A DNA stretch of 64,000 nt, taken from NCBI GenBank assembly GCA_964482555.1, contig CAYZXY010000001.1:78591-142590 (forward strand), in the 5' to 3' direction. Below, piece by piece: positions 1-9,783 of this stretch. This DNA comes from an uncultured Pirellulales bacterium (GTDB taxonomy: Bacteria; Planctomycetota; Phycisphaerae; Sedimentisphaerales; SM23-30). The notes beneath the pieces are model-generated. The model was not told where the DNA came from and ran no database searches. It saw nothing but the letters and a program-made list of their open reading frames with translations. Position 1 is the stretch's first letter, and the number at the start of each line of letters is the position of its first letter. The translations under genes and the position numbers were made by a program.

Positions 1-1519
1 CGAGGCATTTTTCTCCCGATTCGACCCCGCCACCACCGTTATGAATCTTATGCCCCGGAACCGCCGGGGCGTCGGCTACTCGAAAGATACCTCTCTGGGG
101 ACCATCCCGGAAATGCAACAGACCGGGCGGGATAAAATTGCCCTGCACGTTTTCTCCCATGAAAAGCCCGGCTATCTGCGCGGCAACGCCTATGAACGTT
201 ATTCGAACGGAAGCTGGTTTTCCTCTTCCGATCCCAACCTGCTGACCGAGAGCAATTTTCACCCGATACATTTCAAACCCACCCTTGAGGCGAACATCTT
301 TCTTCTTGATCGTAAACATCATCGAGTTCAAAATTGGTATTCTTACGACATATGGCCGGCCTCCAGCGTTGAAACCGCCATGTTTTCTCCTTTAGGCACA
401 CGCATCGTCGAAGCCCCTGTTAAAGAACTGAAATGCGATTACAATTATATCTTTGATTCCGATGAACTGATTGGCGGGCTGAATTACCGCGTTTCTGTTC
501 CCGATGAACCGGATTACCCTGCCCTGAACAACCACCGCAAATCAACCTACCTGGAAGTACCAGAACGGTTCCAAAACGACAGACAAATCCGCCTTCTGGC
601 CGACGGACTCTCGGATCATACGCATTCAACCCAAAAAAAAATTAAAGCTACCGTCGATTTTTTTAAGAAAAATTACAGCTACCATCTGGGGGTCGAGGTT
701 CCTGAACGGATGGACCCTGTGGTCTATTTTCTCAAAGACAAACCGCCCGCCCATTGCGAATACTTCGCTTCCGCGGCGGCACTGCTTTTGCGATTACAGA
801 ATATCCCCACCCGCTATGTCACCGGATTCTATGCCGGCGAACAGAATTCCTATCTCGATTGCTGGATGGCCCGCAACCGGGACGCCCATGCCTGGGTCGA
901 AGCGTGGGACGACCAGACCGGCGAGTGGGTCATCGTCGAAGCGACGCCGCCTTCGGGCTTGCCGGGCGGTACGGCACAAAACAACAACTGGGAATATTAC
1001 TGGGACAGCTTCCTGTTCCGTCTGATGGAATTGCGCGTGGCATTATACCACAATGGCCTGAAGGGATTCTTCTTCTGGCTCTCTGAACAACTGAGTCATC
1101 TTATCCAGATGATTTTTTCCACCATTTCCGGCTGGATTTTCCTCGCGTCGCTGACGAGCCTGATAGGAACGATTCTCTTTGTACGCTGGTCCCGAAACCG
1201 CGAACCACGCCCTTCTGACCTCGAAATCATACAACTGCAAAAGCTCCTGTCTCGCTTGGACAACCGCTTCAAACAACTTGGTTATGTTCGCGGACACAAC
1301 GAAACGATCCATCAGTTTTCCGCCCGCATCAAAGATAATGCCCCCTTCCAGAGCGAAGTCAACGAAGCCCTGAGCTGGTATCAGCAATACGCCCGCTTAC
1401 GCTACCGCCGACAGCATGTACCGGATAATCTCTGCGATCTGCGAATCCGTCTGCAAAACGCTATCAAGACCCTGCCGAAAAGACCTCGCCTGGGAAAAAC
1501 CCGTAAACCTCGCCTGTGA
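1..1519 (+). CDS. transglutaminase-like protein with C-terminal TM helix and DUF4129-like tail (5' end probably outside window)
   Basis: ORF 41..1519. The frame stays open upstream to base 2 (EAFFSRFDPATTV-M), so the true start is probably off-window. Transglutaminase Cys/His/Asp core: PPAHCEYFASAAALLLRLQNIPTRYVTGF ... DAHAWVEAWD ... WVIVEATP, followed by hydrophobic helix IFSTISGWIFLASLTSLIGTILFV. Confidence 0.8.
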   Translation, partial: EAFFSRFDPATTVMNLMPRNRRGVGYSKDTSLGTIPEMQQTGRDKIALHVFSHEKPGYLRGNAYERYSNGSWFSSSDPNLLTESNFHPIHFKPTLEANIFLLDRKHHRVQNWYSYDIWPASSVETAMFSPLGTRIVEAPVKELKCDYNYIFDSDELIGGLNYRVSVPDEPDYPALNNHRKSTYLEVPERFQNDRQIRLLADGLSDHTHSTQKKIKATVDFFKKNYSYHLGVEVPERMDPVVYFLKDKPPAHCEYFASAAALLLRLQNIPTRYVTGFYAGEQNSYLDCWMARNRDAHAWVEAWDDQTGEWVIVEATPPSGLPGGTAQNNNWEYYWDSFLFRLMELRVALYHNGLKGFFFWLSEQLSHLIQMIFSTISGWIFLASLTSLIGTILFVRWSRNREPRPSDLEIIQLQKLLSRLDNRFKQLGYVRGHNETIHQFSARIKDNAPFQSEVNEALSWYQQYARLRYRRQHVPDNLCDLRIRLQNAIKTLPKRPRLGKTRKPRL

Positions 1520-1638
1520 AACATTACTCGTATGCCATTTCATAAAATAGCACGACTAACTCGAGTGGCATGCTAAAAAAACCGCACAGACGGAATAAGT
1601 TAAAGCATGGTGATTCATATTCCATAGTAATGAAATAC

Positions 1639-1745
1639 AGTACGCGTTCCGATTGAATTATTCCGTTTTTGACGGTACGTAATTATGTGCGGATAAAACA
1701 TTTACGCCTGACCCTCCCGGTAGACTTCTACCCGATGGGGTATAA
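1639..1745 (+). repeat. Family-1 structured interspersed repeat (MITE/REP-like), copy 1
   Basis: cagTACGCGTTCCGATTGAATTATTCCGTTTTTGACGGTACGTAATTATGTGCGGATAAAACATTTACGCC...CTACCCGATGGGGTATAA. Aligns end to end with the other copies and lies 12 nt from the tRNA-Thr 3' end. Confidence 0.85.
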
Positions 1746-1757
1746 TGCATACCAGAA

Positions 1758-1829
1758 AGCCAAAGGAGGGAATCGAACCCTCAACCCCAGCTTTACGAAA
1801 GCTGTGCTCTACCGTTGAGCTACTTTGGC
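1758..1829 (-). tRNA. tRNA-Thr (anticodon CGT)
   Basis: Reverse complement reads GCCAAAG TA GCTC AACGGTA GAGC A CAGCT TTCGTAA AGCTG GGGTT GAGGG TTCGATT CCCTC CTTTGGC T. This is a full cloverleaf with a 7-bp acceptor stem, a T-loop TTCGATT and anticodon loop TT-CGT-AA. No encoded CCA. Confidence 0.9.
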
Positions 1830-1945
1830 CTCTCCGGCCCCAAAGCCGGAATTATCATATTATCTGCTTTTTGACCGATGTCAACACCTTTCATCAGGCC
1901 GCTCTGAACAGATACCACTGGTTATGACCGACCTGACCGGCGATG

Positions 1946-3358
1946 TTATTCCTTTTTCGCTTTTTTCTCCGCGGCATCCAGCCCGTTATCCAATACCAGA
2001 TCGGTTAGCGTTTTCAAATCCGGCTGCATACGGATCAATCCCCGGCACTGCTTCACGGCTTGAGCTAGTTGGTCGTCCAACTCCAGCAGCCGCGCCATCA
2101 TTTTCGAATCGCTGAGCGGTTCTGTTTCAAATCTCTCAACATCATCGGATGTTTCGATATCTCCTTTAACCGCCGGTTCCTCTTCCACTGGCGACATCAA
2201 CATCAACTCTTCCATCAGTGCCCTTAGTTCGATTATCTCATCCGGATTGATTGATTCGACAACATCCGGTTCGACACCCCATACCTCAGAATCCGGTTTA
2301 CGATGAACGCAGCGGCCATTGGGCAGATAATAATAATCCGTGGTCAGCTTCAACTGGGCGCCCGAAGCTGGCAATTGTATGATCCGCTGCACCGATCCTT
2401 TCCCCCAGGAACGGTTGCCGACTATAACAGCCCGTCCATGATCTTGCAAAGCGCCCGCCACAATCTCCGATGCGCTGGCGCTGCCTTCATCGATAAGCAC
2501 GACCAGATGAAAACGCGGAAAGGTTCCCTCGGACGTCGCTTCGATCGATTCGCGCCGTGTATGCGCCCCCTTGGTCGAAACGATAACCCCCTCCTCGATA
2601 AAACAGTCCGCCACCTCCGTCGCCGCCGACATCAAGCCGCCGGGATTCAAACGCATATCCAGTATCATGGCCTGCATACCCTGTTCACGTAATTGCTCGA
2701 CGATAGCTGTAAAATCTGACGACGTATTCCCGGTAAATTGCGTAATTCTTACATAACCAATCCCGACATCCCCATCCAGCATATAGTCCCAGGTCCCATC
2801 CTCAAAATTCCGCCGCCAGCCCCGAATCGTGGGAACATGGATTTCCTGACGGGTTATCTCCAGCGTCTCTTCCGATCCGTCTTCATGCAGCACTTTCAGC
2901 TTGACCGTGGTCCCGGCCGGCCCTTTTATCTCCTTGACTGCCCGCGTATCCGACCAGCCTTTGGTCGATTTGCCGTCCACTTCCAGAATAATATCACCCG
3001 CACGGACCCCGGCACGATACGCCGGCGAATGCTCAAAAGGACTGATTACGACCAGATACCCCTCTTTAATATCCAGCCCGATGCCGATGCCTTCATAACT
3101 GCCGCTGGTATGGGCGGTAAACTCCTCCAGCTCTTCCGCCGGAATGTATTCGCTATAGGGATCCAGCTCATGCAGCATGCCGTTGATCGCGCCTGCGACC
3201 AGTTTGGCTTCATCCACTTCGGTAACATAGAATTTTTTCACCAGATCGGTGACATCGACCAGCGGATCGAAAAGACGGTTCGAGGCCGTCAATTTCAGAT
3301 TCAACAGGGTCAAAATCAGGCAGAAAATGATAAAAAAATAGGCAAAACGCTTAGACAC
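1946..3358 (-). CDS. S41 family C-terminal processing peptidase (Ctp/Prc-like, PDZ domain)
   Basis: 470-aa ORF with a GTG start preceded by AGGAG. N-terminal signal/anchor (FAYFFIIFCLILTLLNL). PDZ segment GIGIGLD...SPAYRAGVRAGDIILEVDGKST. S41 catalytic motifs LDMRLNPGG and VLIDEGSASASEIVAGALQD. Confidence 0.9.
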   Translation of the reverse strand: MSKRFAYFFIIFCLILTLLNLKLTASNRLFDPLVDVTDLVKKFYVTEVDEAKLVAGAINGMLHELDPYSEYIPAEELEEFTAHTSGSYEGIGIGLDIKEGYLVVISPFEHSPAYRAGVRAGDIILEVDGKSTKGWSDTRAVKEIKGPAGTTVKLKVLHEDGSEETLEITRQEIHVPTIRGWRRNFEDGTWDYMLDGDVGIGYVRITQFTGNTSSDFTAIVEQLREQGMQAMILDMRLNPGGLMSAATEVADCFIEEGVIVSTKGAHTRRESIEATSEGTFPRFHLVVLIDEGSASASEIVAGALQDHGRAVIVGNRSWGKGSVQRIIQLPASGAQLKLTTDYYYLPNGRCVHRKPDSEVWGVEPDVVESINPDEIIELRALMEELMLMSPVEEEPAVKGDIETSDDVERFETEPLSDSKMMARLLELDDQLAQAVKQCRGLIRMQPDLKTLTDLVLDNGLDAAEKKAKKE

Positions 3359-3383
3359 TTTGCTTGCTCCTGTGGATGAATGT

Positions 3384-3493
3384 TATATAGACTCGTTCCA
3401 TTTGAAATCACCCGTTTATCCCAAACGTAACTATTTCCGATTAAAACCTTTACGACTAGCCCTGGCGGAAATTCTCATACCCTTTGGGTATAT
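3384..3493 (+). repeat. Family-1 interspersed repeat, copy 2 (subfamily B)
   Basis: TTATATAGACTCGTTCCATTTGAAATCACCCGTTTATCCCAAACG...CTTTACGACTAGCCCTGGCGGAAATTCTCATACCCTTTGGGTATA. Confidence 0.85.
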
Positions 3494-3538
3494 TTCTTAA
3501 CGCTTTAACGCAATGGGTTGCGGCTTTTCAACCCTGAA

Positions 3539-4108
3539 TTAATCCCTGATTTTCTGCAGCAGCCACGCCAGATTTTCCCCAAAGCGCGTCAGCGTTTTTA
3601 ATGCTTCCTCATCCTGATTGATCTGCCCCGGCTCCCGAGCCAGCCCCACGTTCCAATATGTCGAACCAACTTGTATCATATCATTGATGGCAAAAAACAT
3701 GGATAGCTGGGCAAAAGTGGAATTATGGCCGGCCCTGCGAGCTATCGCTATCGCCCCGCCTACCTTACGTGATAGAAAATTACCCGCGCGACGCGAGGAA
3801 TATCCCAGCCTGTGCATCAGATTGCAAATTGGGCCTGTCGCACACCCAAAATAAACCGGACTGGCCAGTATTATACCATCAGCGGCTTTGGCCTGCTGGT
3901 AAATATCATCAAAATCATCTTCATGTGCCGTGCAACCGGCACCGTTAACGCAGCCGCCGCAGGCGATACAGGGCTGAATATCCAGTCCACATAACGAAAT
4001 AATCTGAGTCTCAAAGCCGGCTTGAACCAAAGGATCAAGGGCTACCTGGCAGGCTCTGTCTGTGTTTCCACCGGCCCGGGGACTGCCGGATATGGCGATA
4101 ACTTTCAT
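3539..4108 (-). CDS. flavodoxin-fold NAD(P)H-dependent FMN reductase / iron-sulfur flavoprotein family
   Basis: MKVIAISGSPRAGGNTD start typical of the FMN_red/flavodoxin_2 family. Cys cluster CGLDIQPCIACGGC. SD GGGAG upstream of the ATG. Confidence 0.75.
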   Translation of the reverse strand: MKVIAISGSPRAGGNTDRACQVALDPLVQAGFETQIISLCGLDIQPCIACGGCVNGAGCTAHEDDFDDIYQQAKAADGIILASPVYFGCATGPICNLMHRLGYSSRRAGNFLSRKVGGAIAIARRAGHNSTFAQLSMFFAINDMIQVGSTYWNVGLAREPGQINQDEEALKTLTRFGENLAWLLQKIRD

Positions 4109-4347
4109 TGCTCACTCCCACATATAACTAAACGGCTTTCAATTGAGTTTTCGCTTACGGGCGCTTCGTGTTCCAACTTATCTAATCATAAATATTTATA
4201 ATAAAAACGGTTATGCGAGACTATGCCCAAAACCTTTTGTCCGATAAGTTATAAACAAAACTACTCTGTTATCAAAAATCCCTGTGGCAGGGGATATCAT
4301 ATCGGCAGGTTAAACCGGAAGGTCAAAATGATACAAGTATTTAATAA

Positions 4348-4421
4348 TGGTGGCGACTGGATTCGAACCAGTGACCTGCGGGCTATGAATCCGCCGCTCT
4401 AACCACCTGAGCTACGCCACC
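4348..4421 (-). tRNA. tRNA-Met (anticodon CAT; elongator type, a lysidine-modified tRNA-Ile2 cannot be excluded)
   Basis: Reverse complement GGTGGCG TA GCTC AGGTGGTTA GAGC G GCGGA TTCATAG CCCGC AGGTC ACTGG TTCGAAT CCAGT CGCCACC A with encoded CCA. The G1-C72 pair argues against an initiator tRNA. Confidence 0.88.
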
Positions 4422-4580
4422 TGATCGTTTATCTTTCAGGATATCTCACATGCTGCATCTTCCCGAAACAGCATAATATATACTACAAACACCAATATTA
4501 ATATATGAATTTTTTATGGTATATAACTAAGTAATTCACGAACAATATTTATTTTATACAGACAAATCCATAAAATTTTC

Positions 4581-4609
4581 TTGAATATCATACATAAACT
4601 GTGTATATA
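4581..4609 (+). promoter_or_regulatory. candidate sigma70-type promoter in AT-rich spacer
   Basis: TTGAAT - 17 nt - TATATA(AT) in a very AT-rich 250-bp stretch. The nearest downstream + strand gene is the response regulator at 5016, and the transcript would cross Family-1 copy 3. Confidence 0.3.
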
Positions 4610-4681
4610 ATGTAAAGGTAATTTTATTTCAATTAACAAATTATAGTCTTGTTACAGTTTGCGGATTTTCGGCAGTTTGAA

Positions 4682-4791
4682 TTACCTAACCAATCAGGTA
4701 GAAAGCTCCGGGCAGGACCGGGCACAAGCTTTTTTCCGCAATCAATTATGATCCGATAAAACGGGACATTTCAATCGGAATGAGTATATAA
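4682..4791 (-). repeat. Family-1 interspersed repeat, copy 3
   Basis: Plus strand reads TTACCTAACCAATCAGGTAGAAAGCTCCGGGCAGGACCGGGCACAAGCTT...CGGGACATTTCAATCGGAATGAGTATATAA, which is the reverse complement of the family consensus. Confidence 0.85.
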
Positions 4792-5015
4792 GTCCGTCGA
4801 TACGAGTTATATTTCGGCTTACATCAAATCGGGTATGAGTGGCATCAATGACCGAATTTCTGGAGTCAATCGGAGGCGATTCCAGACAGAATTGTATGTC
4901 CTTCTTAACATTTATGGTCAGCCTCTAACTTAAAAATAAATTTTACCCTGGCTGTAATCCCCAATCATATATTTTTTGGGATTATCAAGGTTTTTTTATC
5001 CATCTGGTAATAATT

Positions 5016-5669
5016 ATGAACATTCGAATCATACTGGCAGACGATCATCAGGTCATACGGGAAGGTTTGCGCAGTTTAATAGAAAAGCAGCCAGACATGG
5101 AAGTGATCGCTGAAGCCGGCGACGGCCGGGAAGCCGTCCAATTGGCTCAGAAGCTCAAGCCTAATCTGGTAATTATGGATGTATCCATGCCGAATCTGAA
5201 TGGAATCGACGCTACCCGGCAAATCACGACACAATGTCCCGGCGTGAAAGTTCTGGCCCTCTCGATCCATCCCAGTAAACAGTTTATTTCGTACATGCTC
5301 AAAGCGGGCGCTTCGGGCTATCTTCTGAAGAATTGCGCATTTGATGAACTTACCCAGGCGATCAATGTTGTCGCGTCGGATCACACCTACCTGAGCCCCG
5401 GCATAACTGACGTGGTGGTAGATGATTACATCAATCAATTGCCCGAAAAAGGCGCGGAGATCTGCCCCGAGCTCTCCAGCCGGGAACGAGAAGTGCTGCA
5501 ACTTATCGCGGAAGGCAAATCCACCAAAGAGATAGCGCTGCACCTTCATGTCAGCGCCAAAACCGTTGCCACCCACCGGGAACATATTATGAGTAAATTG
5601 AATATTCATAATGTGGTAGAACTGGCAAAATACGCGGTCAGAGAAGGGCTGACCTCTTTCGAAATATAG
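5016..5669 (+). CDS. NarL/FixJ-family response regulator (REC + LuxR-type HTH)
   Basis: IRIILADDH...DLVIMDVSMPNLNGID receiver motifs. C-terminal LSSREREVLQLIAEGKSTKEIALHLHVSAKTVATHREHIMSKL LuxR HTH. No adjacent histidine kinase. Confidence 0.92.
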   Translation: MNIRIILADDHQVIREGLRSLIEKQPDMEVIAEAGDGREAVQLAQKLKPNLVIMDVSMPNLNGIDATRQITTQCPGVKVLALSIHPSKQFISYMLKAGASGYLLKNCAFDELTQAINVVASDHTYLSPGITDVVVDDYINQLPEKGAEICPELSSREREVLQLIAEGKSTKEIALHLHVSAKTVATHREHIMSKLNIHNVVELAKYAVREGLTSFEI

Positions 5670-5708
5670 CCACACACTTAAAATAGCTATTTCTTGTTGC
5701 GGAAACCA

Positions 5709-5793
5709 GTACCGCTGGCATCCTGCCTGCATTCAACCATACTTAAACGTTTAAAAACGGAAAATGTTGTATTATGAGATACGTCAAAAAATG
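5709..5793 (+). repeat. Family-3 element (hairpin + conserved tail), uninterrupted copy
   Basis: GTACCGCTGGCATCCTGCCTGCATT-CAACCATACTTAAACGTTTAAAAA-CGGAAAATGTTGTATTATGAGATACGTCAAAAAATG. Recurs at 18788..18975, where it is split by a Family-1 copy. Confidence 0.7.
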
Positions 5794-6037
5794 TAACCGC
5801 AACAGAAACCGGCTATCAGATTATTAAAATTACCGCCCCGTTTCAGCATTTTTCTTACACCAAATCAGGTTTTTTACTTATTTAATCGGGATCATAACCC
5901 CGTATATAATATAGAAGTAGCTCATATTTAACGCAAAGAATCGCTTCACGTAAAAGCCTGGCGTGGTGGTCTGAGCCCCACAATCCCCGACCGACAGATC
6001 GCTGCGCCAGGAGTTTTCCGGTATGATCCTGTTTACT

Positions 6038-6496
6038 TTAAACGGACTCACATGTTTTCTGCTTAACAAATCCCAGTTGCATCAGTTCATGAAACAGGGC
6101 TTCATATTTTATGGGCTTAATCAGATATGCCTCACAACCGGTGTTAAACGCCTGTAAAATGTTATTCTTATCGCCAAAAGCAGTGGTCATAATAACCCGA
6201 ACACCGTCCAGACCATAAATGCCATGTCTAGCTTCCAAATCCCGGATCTGCTGCAGCGCCTGCTGGCCATCCATTTCCGGCATGGAAATATCCAGCAAAA
6301 TAAAATGATAGGGTTTGTTCTCTTCCAGAGCGGCCTTCACTGCCCGAACGGCCTCCAGACCATTAACCGCTACTGCGCAATCCGCCACATCGGACAGATA
6401 ATCCTGCGTCAATTTACGGGCGGAAAATTCATCTTCCACAATCAGGCATCTCAGATTTTCTTTCACGGGGACAAATCCGCATTGCTCGGCATTCAT
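6038..6496 (-). CDS. single-domain CheY-like response regulator
   Basis: LIVEDEFSARKL...ILLDISMPEMDG...VIMTTAFGD...YLIKP receiver signature. SD AGGAGA 7 nt upstream of the ATG. Confidence 0.88.
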   Translation of the reverse strand: MNAEQCGFVPVKENLRCLIVEDEFSARKLTQDYLSDVADCAVAVNGLEAVRAVKAALEENKPYHFILLDISMPEMDGQQALQQIRDLEARHGIYGLDGVRVIMTTAFGDKNNILQAFNTGCEAYLIKPIKYEALFHELMQLGFVKQKTCESV

Positions 6497-6728
6497 AAAG
6501 CTTCTCCTGTCAGATATATCGATATTAATGGGCTGCCATGATGAAGATACAAAGGGGTATTATTTCGCCTAGCAGGCGCCCGAAAAACAATCTCTATTAC
6601 GTTCACTCAAAAAAAGAATCAGCCAGGCTCTGTTCACAGAGTCATAATCGACCATTTTGTGGGATACATTTTGTTAAAAACTACATTTTTTTAATGAATA
6701 TTTCAGGAAAAGCAGACCTGAATACGTG

Positions 6729-7439
6729 TTATTTCAATATGCAATCCAGCTCCGCAACCGAAATGTCTGAGAGTTTTTCCACGATCCTATCCGCCTGATT
6801 CAGTGCGGAGCCATCATAGCTGGTCATGACGGCCAGACAACAGAAGCCGGCGTTTTTGGCCGCCAGAATGCCCCAGGGACTGTCTTCGATAACCAGAATC
6901 TCCCCAGGTTTGAAGGGCTGATGGTTACCGGACTCACAAGCAGGCGTTTCTGCCAGGTATCGATTCATACGGTCATGACTGATGAGATACCCTTCCGGAT
7001 CGGGCTTACCATTTTCGACATCATCAGCTGCCACAATGACTGGAAAATACTCACCCAGTCCCCGGGAATCCAAAATCGCTTCGATCTCCGATTTCAGGGC
7101 GCCAGAACAAATGGCACAATATATGCCGGCGTGTTTCAGCTTCTCCAGAAACGGCTCGACTCCGGAAATAATGAAGTCGCTTTCCTTGATTTTTTGGGCA
7201 AAAAGCACCTTTTTTTCTTCAAAAAGGCGTGAAATCGTCTCGGCTTCCGGAGGAATCCCCTTGTCTTGTAGCAGATTGTAAAGACAATCGAAATCGGTAT
7301 AACCCAGGTATTTTTCATTATATTCGTCCCAGGTTAACTTGATATTCATCGTCTTGAGAACCTCACAAAACATCTCATAATGGGCCCGCTCGCTGTCGGC
7401 GATAACCCCGTCAAAATCAAATATTACCAGGCGAAGCAT
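6729..7439 (-). CDS. HAD-superfamily hydrolase (subfamily IA, beta-phosphoglucomutase-like)
   Basis: Motif I VIFDFDGVIADSE, motif II CSGA, motif IV GKPDPEGY...VIEDSPWGILAAKNAG. SD GGAGA upstream. Confidence 0.88.
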   Translation of the reverse strand: MLRLVIFDFDGVIADSERAHYEMFCEVLKTMNIKLTWDEYNEKYLGYTDFDCLYNLLQDKGIPPEAETISRLFEEKKVLFAQKIKESDFIISGVEPFLEKLKHAGIYCAICSGALKSEIEAILDSRGLGEYFPVIVAADDVENGKPDPEGYLISHDRMNRYLAETPACESGNHQPFKPGEILVIEDSPWGILAAKNAGFCCLAVMTSYDGSALNQADRIVEKLSDISVAELDCILK

Positions 7440-7502
7440 CTCACATCTCCGGTCATGTTTGCATAGGAATGAACAATCACAATGTTAATCAGAAAATATA
7501 AC

Positions 7503-7542
7503 ATACGTTGCCGCTCCGGGCGAAATTTCTCATAAAAGGTAT
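7503..7542 (+). repeat. partial Family-1 repeat (3' half only, degenerate)
   Basis: ACGTTGCCGCTCCGGGCGAAATTTCTCATAAAAGGTAT resembles the subfamily-B 3' half TTACGnnTAGCCCTGGCGGAAATTCTCATACCCTTTGGGTAT. Confidence 0.3.
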
Positions 7543-7747
7543 TGTTTTTTCCTTGCTAATAATCTCAATCATGTTAATTAGTTCTGATAGCGAAAATGAT
7601 GTATAACATGTTTTCCGGTAGAAATCAACTGCCGGCATTACCGTGAAAGAATCTGCCGGGGAGTTCGACTTAGAAAAGAGGCTGTTTGTAACCCTGCCGG
7701 GGCAGGGTGCAGCCGTCGACGAGAACTTGATGATTGAGAAAGAGGTG

Positions 7748-7856
7748 TTAATACTCGTTCCAAATTGAAACTCCCGTTGTGTCAGAACGGAATTATGGGC
7801 GGACAAAACACTTACGGATAGCCTCTGGCGGGAGCTTTCATACCCTTTGAGTATAA
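7748..7856 (+). repeat. Family-1 interspersed repeat, copy 4
   Basis: TTAATACTCGTTCCAAATTGAAACTCCCGTTGTGTCAGAACGGAATTATGGGCGGACAAAACACTTACGGATAGCCTCTGGCGGGAGCTTTCATACCCTTTGAGTATAA. Confidence 0.85.
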
Positions 7857-8128
7857 CCAGTTATCGGAACAAACTTATAAAAAACTGTTATCAATACTGA
7901 TATTTATTGTGCATTTTTTAATGTTGTTTTTTACCGCGTACCGATATAGTCGTCATGACAGTACTGATAGTACTGGTTATAACGAAGATTTCGGAACGGT
8001 CATGTGTAATGACGTTTAAGGTATTTGATGGGAAAGCTCGACCTGAAGCGTTAACTGGTTTAGTGTTCCGTGTGAGAACAAGGTGGAGACGTTTTCCATT
8101 GGGCCATTTTGAGCGAAAGGATTTGATT

Positions 8129-9667
8129 ATGAAGAAACTCATTTTATTTATGGTGGCATTGGCAGGAGCAGGAGGTTTGATATCACCAGCCTTCGCTGCG
8201 CAGGACAGCGACACGTCGTCGCAAATCGAAGCGCTGCAATCGCGCGTAACTGAACTGGAAAACGAACTGAAACATCAGAATTACCAGGAACGTAATAAAG
8301 AGCTCATGAGCGAAATGATCGCAGAAATGGGCGAGGCGCCGATCAGTCAGTCGGCGGACTCTTCGATGACGGCCGGTCATGACGGCCGCTTTTTCATTAA
8401 GACCGCGGACGATCAGTTCCGCCTGTCTTTTGATACGTTGCTCCAGTTTCGTCACACGTTCCTGCGTTCGGATGACGGCAACGACAAACTGGGCCGCGAC
8501 GGCACGAGAGATACGATCGATATTATAGATGACGGTTTTGGCGGTTTTGACATTACTATTAACGAAGACGCCCTGACCAACGGCGTTGACGCTACCGCCA
8601 GCGCGTTTGAAGCAGAAAGAATGTACCTGTTTCTCCGCGGCCATGTTTTGAAAGACATTAACTATGTAATTCAGATTTCCGGTAATGACGATAACGGCAC
8701 CGGCCTGAACCTGTACCGTTATGAAGTGGCTTACGATCTGATGGACAGCCTGGGCTTCAAAGCCGGCCGTTATAAAGGCCCGTTCGGCAAACAAGAATCT
8801 ACGGCCGCCGGCTCGCTGATGATGATCGACCGTTCTCTGGCTAATGAAGTGTTTAATATCGGACGTAGCAACGGCGTCGAACTGTATGGCATGTGGGACA
8901 TGGGTGATGTCAAACCTGAATACCGTGTTATGGTGTTCAACGGTTTCCGCGATGACGATGACATTCCCTTTCAGGACAATGACAACAGCCCCGGTTTCGC
9001 GGGCCGCATTGCCGTGCCGCTGATGGGCGCCAGCATGGCGGACTTCGCCAACGAATCCGATCTGGTGTATCATGACAACATGGTCGGCCTGGTGGGCTTC
9101 AGCCTGGCATACGAAAATAACAATGAATCAGGCCATTTTGCCCATACCGGCGACGCTTCAGACTATGAATTTCTGGGCAAGAGCGCTCATCGTGACGGCG
9201 GCACCGGCGTTTATCAGCTGGGCGGCGAAGCTACCATGCTCGGTATGGATGTGTCCATGAAGTACATGGGGCTTTCGGTCATCTGTGAAGGTTTCTATCA
9301 GCATATCAGGGCTGATGATAATAATCTGTCCGCGGGCGACGATTTCGGTTTCGGCGCTCGTGCCGCCTCCGGTATTGACGGCAGAAAAGTGGACAACTTT
9401 GGTTTCTATACCCAGGCCGGTTACTTTATCGTGCCGAACAAATTTGAGATTGCTGGCCGGATCGGTGCTGTTCTCGTGGATGACGCTACCGACAGCTGGG
9501 AATATACCCTGGGCTGGAATTACTACATTCACGGCCAGGACCTGAAACTGAGCATGGATGTCGGGTATATCGATCGCCTGCCGATCGAAAGCGACAACAC
9601 AAACTTCCTGGGTGTTCAGAACCAGAGTCTGCTGTCCGTCAGAAGCCAGTTGCAGTTCCAGTTCTAA
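8129..9667 (+). CDS. outer-membrane beta-barrel porin (porin O/P-like) with N-terminal coiled coil
   Basis: Start chosen at the internal ATG 8129, which has GAAAGGA upstream and gives the signal peptide MKKLILFMVALAGAGGLISPAFA-AQD. Coiled-coil SSQIEALQSRVTELENELKHQ. Alternating beta-strand pattern and a C-terminal ...QLQFQF aromatic terminus typical of OMPs. Family assignment is by pattern only. Confidence 0.65.
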   Translation: MKKLILFMVALAGAGGLISPAFAAQDSDTSSQIEALQSRVTELENELKHQNYQERNKELMSEMIAEMGEAPISQSADSSMTAGHDGRFFIKTADDQFRLSFDTLLQFRHTFLRSDDGNDKLGRDGTRDTIDIIDDGFGGFDITINEDALTNGVDATASAFEAERMYLFLRGHVLKDINYVIQISGNDDNGTGLNLYRYEVAYDLMDSLGFKAGRYKGPFGKQESTAAGSLMMIDRSLANEVFNIGRSNGVELYGMWDMGDVKPEYRVMVFNGFRDDDDIPFQDNDNSPGFAGRIAVPLMGASMADFANESDLVYHDNMVGLVGFSLAYENNNESGHFAHTGDASDYEFLGKSAHRDGGTGVYQLGGEATMLGMDVSMKYMGLSVICEGFYQHIRADDNNLSAGDDFGFGARAASGIDGRKVDNFGFYTQAGYFIVPNKFEIAGRIGAVLVDDATDSWEYTLGWNYYIHGQDLKLSMDVGYIDRLPIESDNTNFLGVQNQSLLSVRSQLQFQF

Positions 9668-9719
9668 GAACATGAGAACAATATGAACTGACTGTCTTTT
9701 TGATTTGCTATGAACACAA

Positions 9720-9752
9720 GGCACAGCCGTTATGCGGTTGTGCCTTTTTTTT
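9720..9752 (+). terminator. intrinsic terminator of the porin gene
   Basis: GGCACAGCCG-TTATG-CGGTTGTGCC (10-bp stem including one G-T) followed by T8. Confidence 0.85.
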
Positions 9753-9783
9753 ATGTTTTTGTTAACCGTATTACAGAATTTTA

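Noticed and set aside
7955-8128. N-terminal extensions in the ORF track: porin (7955..8128), flagellin (36064..36225), zur (24554..24742), wecA-like (43863..43913), rfbC (34031..34051) and the small ORF 13566..13715.
   Set aside because: In every case an internal ATG with a proper SD gives the canonical family N-terminus or signal peptide. The extensions are AT-rich or basic leader translations, several needing TTG starts.
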